Source of the DNA: Laetmonice hystrix
Lineage: Eukaryota
Assembly: GCA_965235115.1 (NCBI GenBank)
Contig: OZ249446.1
Span: 12,958,001 to 13,022,000, forward strand
DNA: 64,000 bases
Direction of reading: 5' to 3'
Below are positions 41,201-53,200 of the stretch, piece by piece. The notes under the pieces were generated by a model, which ran no database searches, was not told the origin of the DNA, and worked only from the letters and a program-made list of their open reading frames with translations. The translations under genes and the position numbers were made by a program. Numbering within the stretch: the stretch's first letter is position 1; the number at the start of each line of letters is the position of its first letter.

Positions 41201-44200
41201 TACAGAGACAACAGGCAATAGGAACAAGCAGTAGGCTCAGGAAGTCCTTTGCCTTCAGGCATCAAAGTCTTTTTTTCTACTTTGCTTCGAAGAAACGGCG
41301 TGGTTCTCAAGGTGGAAGGCGAGTGGAGTCAGCCATAGATTCCCAGACACGTCTGTTTCATGGAGGATATTTCTACTAAGCCTAAGATTTTGTATCCTAC
41401 CCTATCAGGAGAAGATTTGCTGCTTCAGACTGTCTGGTGTCTTGACATATCTGAGGTTTGGTATCACCTAGAATTGATATCTCTCCACGACTGTCATTAT
41501 CTAGCTATGAATCAGGCTTCCAATCATATAATATAATTTTTGCGGTAAAACCCCTTGAGACCCTTTCAATATTGATACACTTTTTTGAATCTCCCGTAAG
41601 AGAAAAATGGATCGCTACCTTCAGTCGTAACAATTGAGCATTTAAGCTGAGTAGGCCACCACATTTAGCCAACCCCCTTTGTGGTTCTTCTTATCAATCC
41701 AGGCGTAATTCACACTTGCTGCATTTATCATATGCGGCGCACCTCAACCATTGAAAGCCGATCCGGGGAGGCGCCCCCTTCGGATGAACAATTTGTCCTG
41801 ATGCCATGAATCAATTTCTTTCCAGAAGAACACCATCTCGTCTACGATTTTCATCTGAGTGACTTTCAGATGGGAACACCGTCATTTCATTATCGTGCGA
41901 AATGTCACTGCTATCGGACAGCAGCGACCGTCTCGGTCTTTCTGTTTAAGGTTGGCGATCATTAACGTCCGTCTTCTAACGAAATCAATGAACGGAGGAA
42001 TATTGCAGATATTATGTTTAGCTCTGTTCAGGCCTTGAATATTTTTTATAGAGTCGCTCATTTTGTCGTTTTGCAGTATCTCGTTTTGGTATAGCTTGCA
42101 AAATTGTCCCCTCTAGCAATATGGTTTGTGAAAAAATACTTCAGTGTACGTGTATTTATATTCGTTTGTATATTTTTATCAAATGGGCTACAGAACTTAA
42201 AAATGTGACAATTTTGAATATTATTGACAAAATTCCATATTTATTTTAACTATCCGTACCAAGAGACTACGTTCACAATCATGAACGTACAGAGATTAAT
42301 GTAGATATTGTATTGAACAGTTTATAACCTCGATTGTTTTCCGACATCATAGAGGTGAGCAATACGTAATGCAAAGTGTAAATTGCTGTCTAAACCTACC
42401 TTCCTCTCTCACAAAAAACATGCTATTGTTCCTCTTCAGTACAGAGACTTTTTTCTCTGTCATGTCAGAGTTTTGTGTTGTAATTAGATCCCGACATATT
42501 GGAAGTTCTGACCAGGATCATCGTCTGTGAGTAGGATCCTGACTCAGTAATTGGCATGTGGCTGAACTGTACTTGACAGGATCATTGAATCCTTCACCAG
42601 AACGTCGCACCCCTCAGACCCACGAACCAAACAGACCTTCATTGAATTTCTCTGCTGGGCGTGATATAATGTGGCACATACATGGCAGTGTTATCAGTGT
42701 GGATTGTGTCTTCTCCATCATCAGCGGCAACAGGTCTGGCAGCTGAATTGGCTAATCTGGTTTTGCCTGACATGCGCTTGTGACAAGTAGATTCGGAGTG
42801 CCCTAGCCAAGAAGTCTGATCAAAGCCAAGGACAATAGCTGGGGCCATATTGTTGATCAGGAAGGAGCCCGAATTAGAGACAGTAGAATACGGAGGTCAA
42901 GGGAAGGGTCCTGCTGTCTGTAGTAGTCTGAAAACCCCGTTATGTACAGGAGGAGAGCCACTCACAAAGAACATTCGCTTCCTCTGAAGTAGGCCGATCT
43001 ATCACATTCGTAGATGTATCTGTCAAAACCTTTTTACCATGCCTATGATGAAAATGTCAGACTCCTTACCGAGGACAAAGACTTACTGCGTATATGTTTT
43101 AAGGTAAACGTACTTTCTAAATAAATAATACTGAAATGTATCATGTAATGATTTCTTGTGGATATTTCCATCTGGATATGGACGTTCACATAAGTTTTAT
43201 TTCGTCGACCATAGGCTACATGGATTTATTGTACCGTCTGTTTACATCTGTGACACAGATACTGTTATTGTGTCCAATCTGTGTGTCTGCAGGGGAAAGC
43301 GTATATTGAACCCTTCAGGGGGTAAGATTACAGTGCTATCAAGATGCAGTAGAGATTACAAAATCATCACACATTTTATACATGTAATAAGTGTTTTCCC
43401 ATAGGGAAGAACTATCACATTTTGAGTCTCTAATCCACAGGAGACATTTCACTGTATGGAAATCTCGAGAGTAACGCATTGCCATTTCCATGTCACAGTA
43501 ATGCGAATGACACAACAGATAGCCGTTCTGACAGTCGCAAGTCAGAAAAGGGCCTCACATATCCGTCAGGGCTTATCGCATTATTGGGAGGAAATGGATT
43601 TCAGATTTCATTTGGGAAAATAGATATCCCAGTTTCTCCCTGCAGGCCTGGTACATTACTCAGTGATGAGTACTGCATTAGGCAATCAGCTGTTATGGGC
43701 CTTCTCCTATGATAGAATAAGAAAACCAAGTGAGATGTTGGGAACTCAGATCCATTAGGAGGTTGTCATTCAGCTACTGGAGTCGTCACTTCGTATTCGT
43801 ACGTCGCAGATGTTTAAACTAAGATCTGGTAATAAATGAGAAGTGAGCAGAGCGGTCTCTACCAATGAATGTAAAGTGAAGGACGAGTCCCCTATAGGAC
43901 AGTTAGGTGTATTTTGAGATAACAAAGTGTAACACTGAGTGGCATATTGTTACAAAATAGCCTGAGGAAAGTTTCCTTTCACATATACTACTTACCTGCT
44001 CTCATAGACGTGGTCCTTCTCGGCACGTGTACTTTATTTAAACAGAAGTTTAGTTTAATATCCGAATCTGCCCCTCAAAACGTTGCTTTGGGATATTACA
44101 TTAAGCGCTAGTGTGAGAGGCAATTTGCAAAGGAATGGGCGCCGTCATCTGATGCCTTCATAAGGGCCTGCTAAAATAAGGACTTTTTACGTCTGATATT

Positions 44201-47200
44201 GGGGAGAATATTTGGGAGATAAGAACCTTCACACAAAACCCAGGACTAAAAGCATTTTTCTTTCTTATACAATAAATACAACATTTTCATTCAGAAAAAA
44301 AGCCATCTCGCAGTGCAAGCGGTGAAGCCTCAATATGGAAGGGCCTGTAACTCATGTGTGAGAGACTGTATCGGTGAACACAGACTTACATTTACATCCG
44401 TGGTGAAAGTATCAATCGATGCTATGCTGTCAGGTGTGCCATAACAAACCCATTGATTCCCAGGCCTCGTATCCGTCAGAGGAAGCCTGAAGAAGGAGGA
44501 ATGGATCTCCCTCACATCCGAGCCCCAGATGTCACGGATTCGTTCAATCCTCCCTTGTAAGAGATTTGAAGGCCTCTCATTGCAGTGTCAGGAGTGGAGG
44601 ATTTCAGTAGCAGAAAATAATTGCTAGTTGACAGCTTTACTGGTATTTCTGTCAGATTCACGGGAGGGAGGCACATTCCCACCTCCTTCTTTCCTAAAAT
44701 TACAAAAATCAATAACTACATGTTTTGAAGGTTCGGCTAGCGTAATGTGTTCTCAGCTTAACAATGTTATAGAGAGATATTACGGGTTCTACGATTTTAA
44801 ATGGCTCTAGACTAAAATCCAGGGACAGCTGAATAAAGCGGGCCAGTGATTTCTTTCAATACAACCACAAATATCATGCGAGCAATAACTTTAGGAAGAT
44901 GACTAAAATAAGCAGACCTAGGGCCACTTAAAACTAAACCAAATGAACCTTATCAATTTCAAACAAAAGACTATTGCCAAGAAAGGGAGCAGGTGTTCCC
45001 CGCATGAAAATTCTCTCTGCATTAAATTTCGGATGCTCAAATCGATCTACTGTCTTCATTACTATTTCGTGGTGTTCCTGAAATTCTTGGGAACAATTGA
45101 AGAGTTTCTCGCCTGGATAGAAATTTAAACTTCACTCGCACATGGTAACATCTATGAAGTGTGAATACCTTGAAGCCGAGTCGGAAGACAATATCAAATC
45201 GACTATGATGAGTCTGCTCCCTTGTTTTAATTCACCCTGAGAACTTTTTATTCTTCCTTTGATAGGGCTTACGTTGAGCAATACACAGGTGAGCGAACGC
45301 CACTGCAGCTCCAGTAAAATAACCTTCTGAGCTTCCTGAATGAGTCGGCATGAGGTCTTTGAATCAATTAGTCGTTTGAAGTGGAGATTATAAACTAATG
45401 ATGGAATTATGAGAGCTTATGTATGTGACTCATTGCCTCCAAAAAACAATACAGGTCCCCCTATGAAGGCTCACTGAGGAGTTTTGCTTCAGTCCCGCCA
45501 GAACTTCAAAAGACATGAGGTATTAAAGCAGGGCGTTGAGTGGAGACGCACTCCCTGATCCCAAGTTCCACGTGCACTCTAAACACGTATTCATAGGCAG
45601 CTTTTCCGAGGCTGAAACTAACAGCCAAATTACTTGCTGAGCTGATGAAATACGGAGCACCTTTGTCGGGTATAAAAATGGGTATGTGCCCTTTGTCTAT
45701 TCTTTATACATTGTACCTGTATATTTCTTAAAGGTTCTGCGAACCCAGATAAATTAAAGCTATGAACCGATGCAATCGTGTTCTCTGGTTGTGAATTGTT
45801 CTATGGGTCTGATTTCAGGAGGGTTAAATGCACCCCCCCCCGTTCACTTAGGCAAGTGTCCTTAAGGTTTCCTTGATTCTCCTGTTCTGGAAATGATCTA
45901 ATCCTTTAATTGCAGTATCACAGTGAAATAAAGGTGCGCTCTCAAAAAGCAGAACAGCCAAGCGTTAACCTTATGATTATGAGGACCTTCAGTATTGAAA
46001 AAACTGGGCCCAGCGACCAGGCGGGAGCTCTCTCCCGGAGTGTTATTCATGAAAAACCATTGGATTCAATCTCTACATATACACCAACAATATTATGTGT
46101 AATGCCCTTTTATACTAAGCATGAAGTGACTGACCGCACTGAGTTTTCATTTAGCGAGGAACCCGAGGCGACCTGCTGGTCAACAGGCTCATTGAATGTC
46201 TCCTCATCCTGATTGGCGCTTCCCTGAGGGAGGTGTTAGTTTAGGAGATGAGCCGAGTTAAGCTGTGTATACATGGCCCATCGGGCATTTAGATATGGAT
46301 TACACACCATGCCAGCGCAGGAGTAGATTATGCAGCCTAGATCCCGTCGAGACGAGAACCTTCAGGCAGTCTAAGTCTAGATTAGGGCTGATCCCGAAGG
46401 GCACTCTCCTTTCTTGTTCGGATTGATAGAAAAAATAGAGTTGGTTTCCTGTGATGCAGAGAAATACTCTTTCAAGGAAAGGGTTCAAGGAAACGATGTT
46501 CCAAGATCTTTATCTCTAGCCAATCAAATCAGAGACACTGCATTGTTATCCAGGACATACAGATTGTTGGTTGACACGACTGGATGTATGTCACCATTCG
46601 ACTGCTTTAAGTCATTTTAAAATCTGGCCACAACATACCTGTACAAATGAAGGTCGCTAAAAACTATATTTCAGGGACGGGAGCGCTCCTATTTTCCTCG
46701 GACTAGCACCCCCCGGTCATAACTCTGGAATTGTCCAGACCATTTTCCATTCGACATGTCTGATATACTCGTCCCATTTCTCTATTTGAACGCTTCAAAG
46801 TTTGACGGATGCCCGTTTCCGGAGCGCCACCTTGCGGTGATGGCATGCGTATTGAATGGTGCAAACGACTGGTTCATCAATCACACAGGTGTTTTAGCGA
46901 CAGTCCTGCCTGCCACAGTCTAATGGAGGCATTCTAATTCAGGCCCACCGTACTTCTAATGCTCCATCATTTCCTCGTGGTTTTCCAACTTGTCACAACT
47001 TAAGTGATTGGTGAAGAATGGAGCAAAGAGTAAATCTCTAAGAAGTCTTTTGATTGGCTGGCAGCAGGGGGCAATTAATTTAGACCAAAGTAGCCGTGGT
47101 GTAGATACGACCGGGACAGATGGGAGGTTTCCCATGTCCTCTGGTTTGACGATTGGTGAAAACATCCATTATCTTGTTTCTTTTAAAATGAGAAGATTTA

Positions 47201-50200
47201 TTTCTGCTAAGTGTGGCTAAGCATGACGGACCGCCTCATCTGTAACACTGTGATTCACACCAATAGTTGTCAGAAATGGAAAGTTGGTAAGAAATGTTAA
47301 TTGTAAAAGTTTGAATTTAACAAAGAATGATTCTTCTCCTGTTTAACTAGGAATAATTTGTACGATTTCGTGCTTCAGTATGGACTCTCGTCCACTCTGT
47401 TATCGTAGACGACAACCTGTGTACAATACCAAAGTAAAACTTCTATATCATTGTTTCTAATCGTCAAAACGTTATTTTCTCCAATTTCCACTGTTACTAT
47501 AGCCATGATTTTAATCAGTATTAGAACAATAACTGAGATGGCATCTATGTGAAATTGGCCATATACACTCGGGAACATGAGTCAGCCGAGGTCAGGGGCT
47601 TACAATGTCGATGTCGGTGCCTAGGGGCTAAGCCTTTCGTCCTCTGGGACCGACTCCGACCGAGTCGTGAGACTTGGAACAACAAAAAAAGAAACGCCTT
47701 CCCTGAAGGTCACCAAGGATGTTGTCGGTTGGGTCCCTGGTCTGAATTATTCAGGTAACCGGTGTTAGCAGCTGACTGGTCTCCACCTTGACCTTTGATC
47801 TTTGCCAGATGTCAGACTTGCCATGATTTGTCTCAAGGACGAATTGGTCGCTGTGCTTTTAAAGGAACATTCCACGATGTCTGTTTCGTTCTTTACCAGG
47901 CATGGAATAAGTATGACAGCACAAGGGTAGTTTGAGCCACTACAGTCACAGAGAAGAGTTCTCTTGCATCCATGATGGTCTGGTAAAAATAGGAGAAACC
48001 GCAGTAAACCTTTTAAGAAGACACGCACAAGTGTATCACTGAGCTAGTCTGTATGTAGAGAAAGAAAGTAGAGATTTTCTTAGAATGCGACTTCAAAACT
48101 GCTGTATAATTCTCATGAATGTTTTAATAAATTCGGGCCAACCTATTCTGCACATGCATCAGTCTAAATAAGCCTAGTTTGATTCGTCTCTGTGATAACC
48201 AAGACACGCAAAGTATCAGCTTGACATTCAGACCAGTGCAAGAAGCGTCCCCTCAGCAGCATTTATATGTATCATTTCCGTCTTGTAACAGATGACTATA
48301 ATTTCCGCTGGATTGAATTTCAATGGGCAGTGGAGAGCGTTGGCGAGGTTTAAGCTCTGACGTGTGTCTGACAGCCGTCGGTGGAGGCCGCCTTACCTGC
48401 ATGACTTGCGGAGATCCCATATTCATACGGCTTTCTCCACAAAGAGCGATGGGCTGGATGGAGATATGAAACCCGCTGTGCCTTCCAGACAGCATGCTTA
48501 ATGCATGAAGTGACCACTTGACCACTGCTCTGGAGCACCCATCTCATCTCCTACGAAGTGAGAGCCCCCTCCCCAATCTCCCGGTGTGTCAGCCTCCCGC
48601 CTCCCCCGCCACCCCCCGACCCCTGAGCCTCAGAGGGCCCTCCCAACTTCTGCTCAGTGCTCCAAATTGAATTAGAGTCCTGGTGGTGTGGAGGAGTGCC
48701 ATGCAGGAGCCTCAGGGGAGCTGTAAGGAAGAACCACCGGGTTCTGATACAGACATGCTTGTTTGCATCTAACACATTTAGATGGCTTCTGATGAAAGGC
48801 CTGCAATTCCAGAGGCGATGAATTATTTAAAACTGTCCCCTGATGTAGATTTAGATTCTAAAGCAAGTGTAGGATACACGGTGTCTTGGATCAAAAACTC
48901 GACACAGCTGCACTTGTCTTGAGACTTCTGAATGATTTTTTGCCACCACAATTTGAACAAACTTTCATTTCCTTTATTTGTAGTTTGATATAAAAATAGC
49001 AGAGCAAGGAAACTTAAGTCATTTGGTGTTTTTGTTTTGTCAGGTTTAAGTGTGCTACATTTAATGGAATGGGTAAATTACCATAGTAACCAGATTACAG
49101 AAAATTCACGTCTGGAGAGAGCCTCAAAAAAACATTGTTCATTCTTGCAATAAAGCCTAAGTGTTCGGCATACAACGTATGTAAAACATTTTATAAGCAC
49201 TGTTTTTCTGTAGCCAAAACATTGCATCCTCCAACGAATGTTCATTATTGAAGTGAACTCGACGTACGTCAGGACAAACATTGCTAGAAAGTGTTCCCCA
49301 GTCAGTGGTGCTCAGCCCTTACCACGCATTGTCAAGAAGCAATCGAACTGCTCCTCTGGATAGAACGAGGAGCGAGACGAATGACTAGGAGAACAATCTG
49401 TTCCAGTCTACATGAATATGTCCTTTTTCTGGTTGATATGATGATAATAAGGCACGTTGTATGCGCTGCAAGGATCCGGGCCCACGTGTTTGCCCGTGCA
49501 GTGTGCTCAACTCTTGAAGGCGCACAACCTCATTGTTAACGACCCCGTTCTTCATGAACTATGCAATCTCGGCCAGCAGCTGGTCTCAAGGGCGGAGGAA
49601 ATGGGGACAAAAACATCCTGATCTGCCCACCGGTGCATTGTTGAATCTCCCTTGCAATGGATCATGATCAGTTGTTTGAGAGGGCAGCGGCGAGGTAGAA
49701 GCAACACTCCCGAGGTGTGTTAACGGGTCTGGCGCCGGGGAAGGGACACAAGGATACTGCGCCACCGTCCACCTATCCTGTCACACCTTAAATCCCCGGT
49801 GACGAGTTAAACCAAAAAGCCAGAAAGCAATATTAGGCATTTTCGTTACTTCTGCAGTCCCCTTGCAGCAACCCCTTCATCGGGACCAATGTATGTCGTT
49901 TCTATGGAGCTATCACTCTCACAGTCACAATTCAAATATAATATAGTAGCGCCGTAAACGTTGCCTTTCAGTTAGTCTGTTGGAAGTTTTGGCTACTAGT
50001 TACCTAGTTAAACAAAAGATATGACGCAAAGTTACCTTTAGGGACGCAATGTCGCCTTCGATAAATACACATGTACATGTTAAGCAAATCGCCCTTAACT
50101 GAGCTGTAGAAGCCACCTCCGATTGGCCCCACAATGTCGCCAAGATAGCGCATTTCAGGCAGCCTAGCTCAGACCACACGGCACCTCCAGATTTTACACA

Positions 50201-53200
50201 TGAGTTGGATGAGACGCGGGGGGCTGGAAGATGTCCCCTGATTCACTTGATTATGATTGACAGATGGCAAGACAATCAATCAGAGTCTTCAGCCAAAGAT
50301 GTTTGCCAATTTCTCTCTTTTCGTCTTCCAGTTTCCCGTGGGATTTGCCGATTTTCTGTTCCTTTGTCTCCCGAGTCCCATTGGAGTTGTTCAAGAGAAT
50401 AAGTTTGATGCAGGTCTAAATTGTCGATTGAGGATATGTGTGAAGGAAGTGTATTAGGTTTTTGTATAACTTGGTATGGTGTTTGATCGGATGAAGAAGC
50501 AGCCGGAAGTTTTACAGTCTGCATTGTCGCCATGGTGGATGCAAATGAGTGTTGTTTTAAGTAAACATGCTTTTAAGGGGCAAATAGCTAAGAATATTAC
50601 TCAAGACATTCTTTTAAACACTTCTACAATATTACATTTCTCGACGTGTTCTCGTGAGAGAAAATTAAATAAGGTTTCTTACCGAAGAATTTCAATATAT
50701 TTCCGATGTGGGATGCAAGAAAACCGAATTTGTAATGTGAAGTACAATTTTGTGTTTGATTTTAGCTGTGAACTGAGACAAATTCCGATGTGCCTGGCGG
50801 TTATCAAGATGGGCTTCCATCGGGGGTCAGCGGCAGAGGTTCCAGCGGACCTCACTGACCAATTGGGAACCTGGGTGCGTCCTCGTATCGCCACTGGCCA
50901 GTCTGGTTGCTAAGCTGTCTCTGGGGAAACAGTTTCATGTTCCAGGTCCATGTGTTACCATGGGATAGCGATAGGTATCCATGGTAACCCATATGGAGTG
51001 CCGTTGTTGCAACGCAGTTAGTCCGAATGGCCGCGTATCGTGCTTGTGTGGTTGACCATGGACACAATTTCACAGGTTTCGGTTGTCCAGATTTTATCGC
51101 TCAAGCGTGATTGGATTCCAGTACTCTTAAAACTAGATCTTTTAATTTGGTGTATGTCCTAACGTTATAAAGGACATTCAAATGACGTATGCAATGGATG
51201 GGCCTAACAATTTAGAAATGAAAACAAAATAATATCTCTATCGGTCGCCGAGGACGGACGCATTATCTCAAATCGGGGATTCATCTCAAAGCAACGGCAC
51301 AGCAGAGTCTAGTTCTGGTGCTGTGAAAGAGTCGCCAAAGATAAATAAAACCTAACCAAAGGAGTCTTGAAACTGAGAACTGAAAACATTAGATCATCAA
51401 CCTAAAGCAGTACCATCATATGGCTACTTTGAATGCCAAGTACTGTATTCGGTCTAATTCCATGACTTAGACAAGGACTTCAGCATCTAGTGACATCGCG
51501 ACCAGGACTCCCAACGCGATAGGGTGTAAGCTGGAAATGATTAGCATGGGATGCCTGTAAAGGGATGTAGCATTAAAACTTCGCATTAGTTGAAGGTCAG
51601 TGTGCTCTATCTTGCCCGTTTGTGTTTGTTGCAGATTATACGATATGTCAAACAATCCACCGGATAAATGTACGGACAGGGGAGAGCATGTTGGTCAACA
51701 AGCGCTGCGCCCTGCCGAGCGAGTGTTCAATAGACATGGTGGGTTGTCACGACACTCACATTCCAGGGTTGGAGGTACGTAAAATGGTTTCCGATTTTAC
51801 TATGATAAATCAGTGCATTCTCTCATCTAGCCGGATAAGTTAAAGCAATTTCAGTTTTTCTTACTTAACCCTCCAATAAAGAGTTCTGCTACTTATTATA
51901 GGTAAATGAAAGAACAGTGTAACGACGGTGCTCCAAGTTATGTTGCCGGGTTTTTTCAAATCTTTTTTTCTTAAAGGCCCCCCCCCTCCCCAAAATGTTC
52001 TCTAGATATTAAGTTCGTAGTACAGATACCTTGGCTCCTTATCCGTTAGAAGCACAGGTTCTGGCAGTTCTTTCTCTCCTAAACAACTTATGCCAGTATT
52101 GCTCTTGGCCTGCATACTGAGGATGGCCTCATGAATACTGTTGCCAAGTTCCCTGAGCTGGTGCCAAGCGCTTGGTGCTGCTACAAGATTACTAGTGGTC
52201 GAACAATCTGAAAAAGAGAAAGAAGCGTAACAGGGGCAGGAGCGGATCCTGGGAAATGGTAAGGAAGGGGAGGTTCAAAAAGGGAAATTTATGAAAGAGG
52301 GACCAAAAAAGGTCAAAGAACAGTCCCCAGAGCGTTCAAAGATTTTCCTAACATAAGACATAAGAATTATTAAAAGGTCCACATTTCTATAGTTCAAATC
52401 TATATGAAGGTTCTGTGACATTATACGAGTAACCGTCACAGAATGATACTTAAAAGCAGCTCTAACTAGGCATTACACTAATATTACAATATAATTATTG
52501 GTGGCGGTAATGGCGAATAATGACTTCCCGTCAGACACCCTTATAATCTCCCACCTTCCAAGAGAACTTGTAACTGTTTACGAAGAGCTAGAATATCGGG
52601 AGTTTGATGCAGGCTTTTGGTAGAATGGCACGTAACTTGGATTCAATTCCGAAACCCATTTAACAAGAAGATGCACGCCGTAATTCTGAATCGCGCTGCA
52701 GGCACGATACTAAAGATGTGCATTGACAAATGGGTGTGAGGAGGGAGGGTAATTCCTTGTGAAGGCTTCTGACAACTGGAGGGGATGATTTAGATGGACG
52801 GAAGGAAATCTACTGGAGGAAACCGATGAGGCATGGAGAACAGTGCCAGATGAAGACGCTGCTCTGATGCAATTCTGGCGAGCGTTAAGACATGCACATC
52901 CTTATCGTTGGGGGAAATAATTCCGTTTATGTGTAGCATTGCGTCTGGTACTGTCAACTTCATTTCACCCACAGACGAAACAAACAAATTGGATTTAATT
53001 TGAATCCATGCTTTGTTCAGGAAACATGAAAAATTATGTTTACTTGTAGCATGCGGATCATAGTCAGATAACCATAAGTAATGATTCAAGCAGGATTAGT
53101 TCTGCAGAAAATGCAAGGCAGAGTTCTCATTGGAGGACGCCATCTGTTAAGTTCCCATCCGTCTTTGTGGCATTGTATTTTCTCAATATTGTTTCTGGCC

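Noticed and set aside
42500-43000. Possible PIF/Harbinger nuclease relic (TAMYVPH similar to TACCVLHN)
   Set aside because: A single weak motif, with catalytic motifs not found.
50766-50874. Exon-like segment (tttAG|...CTGG|gtgcgt) in the long intron
   Set aside because: It would put an immediate stop in the LU frame and the donor is weak. No support beyond splice-like dinucleotides.
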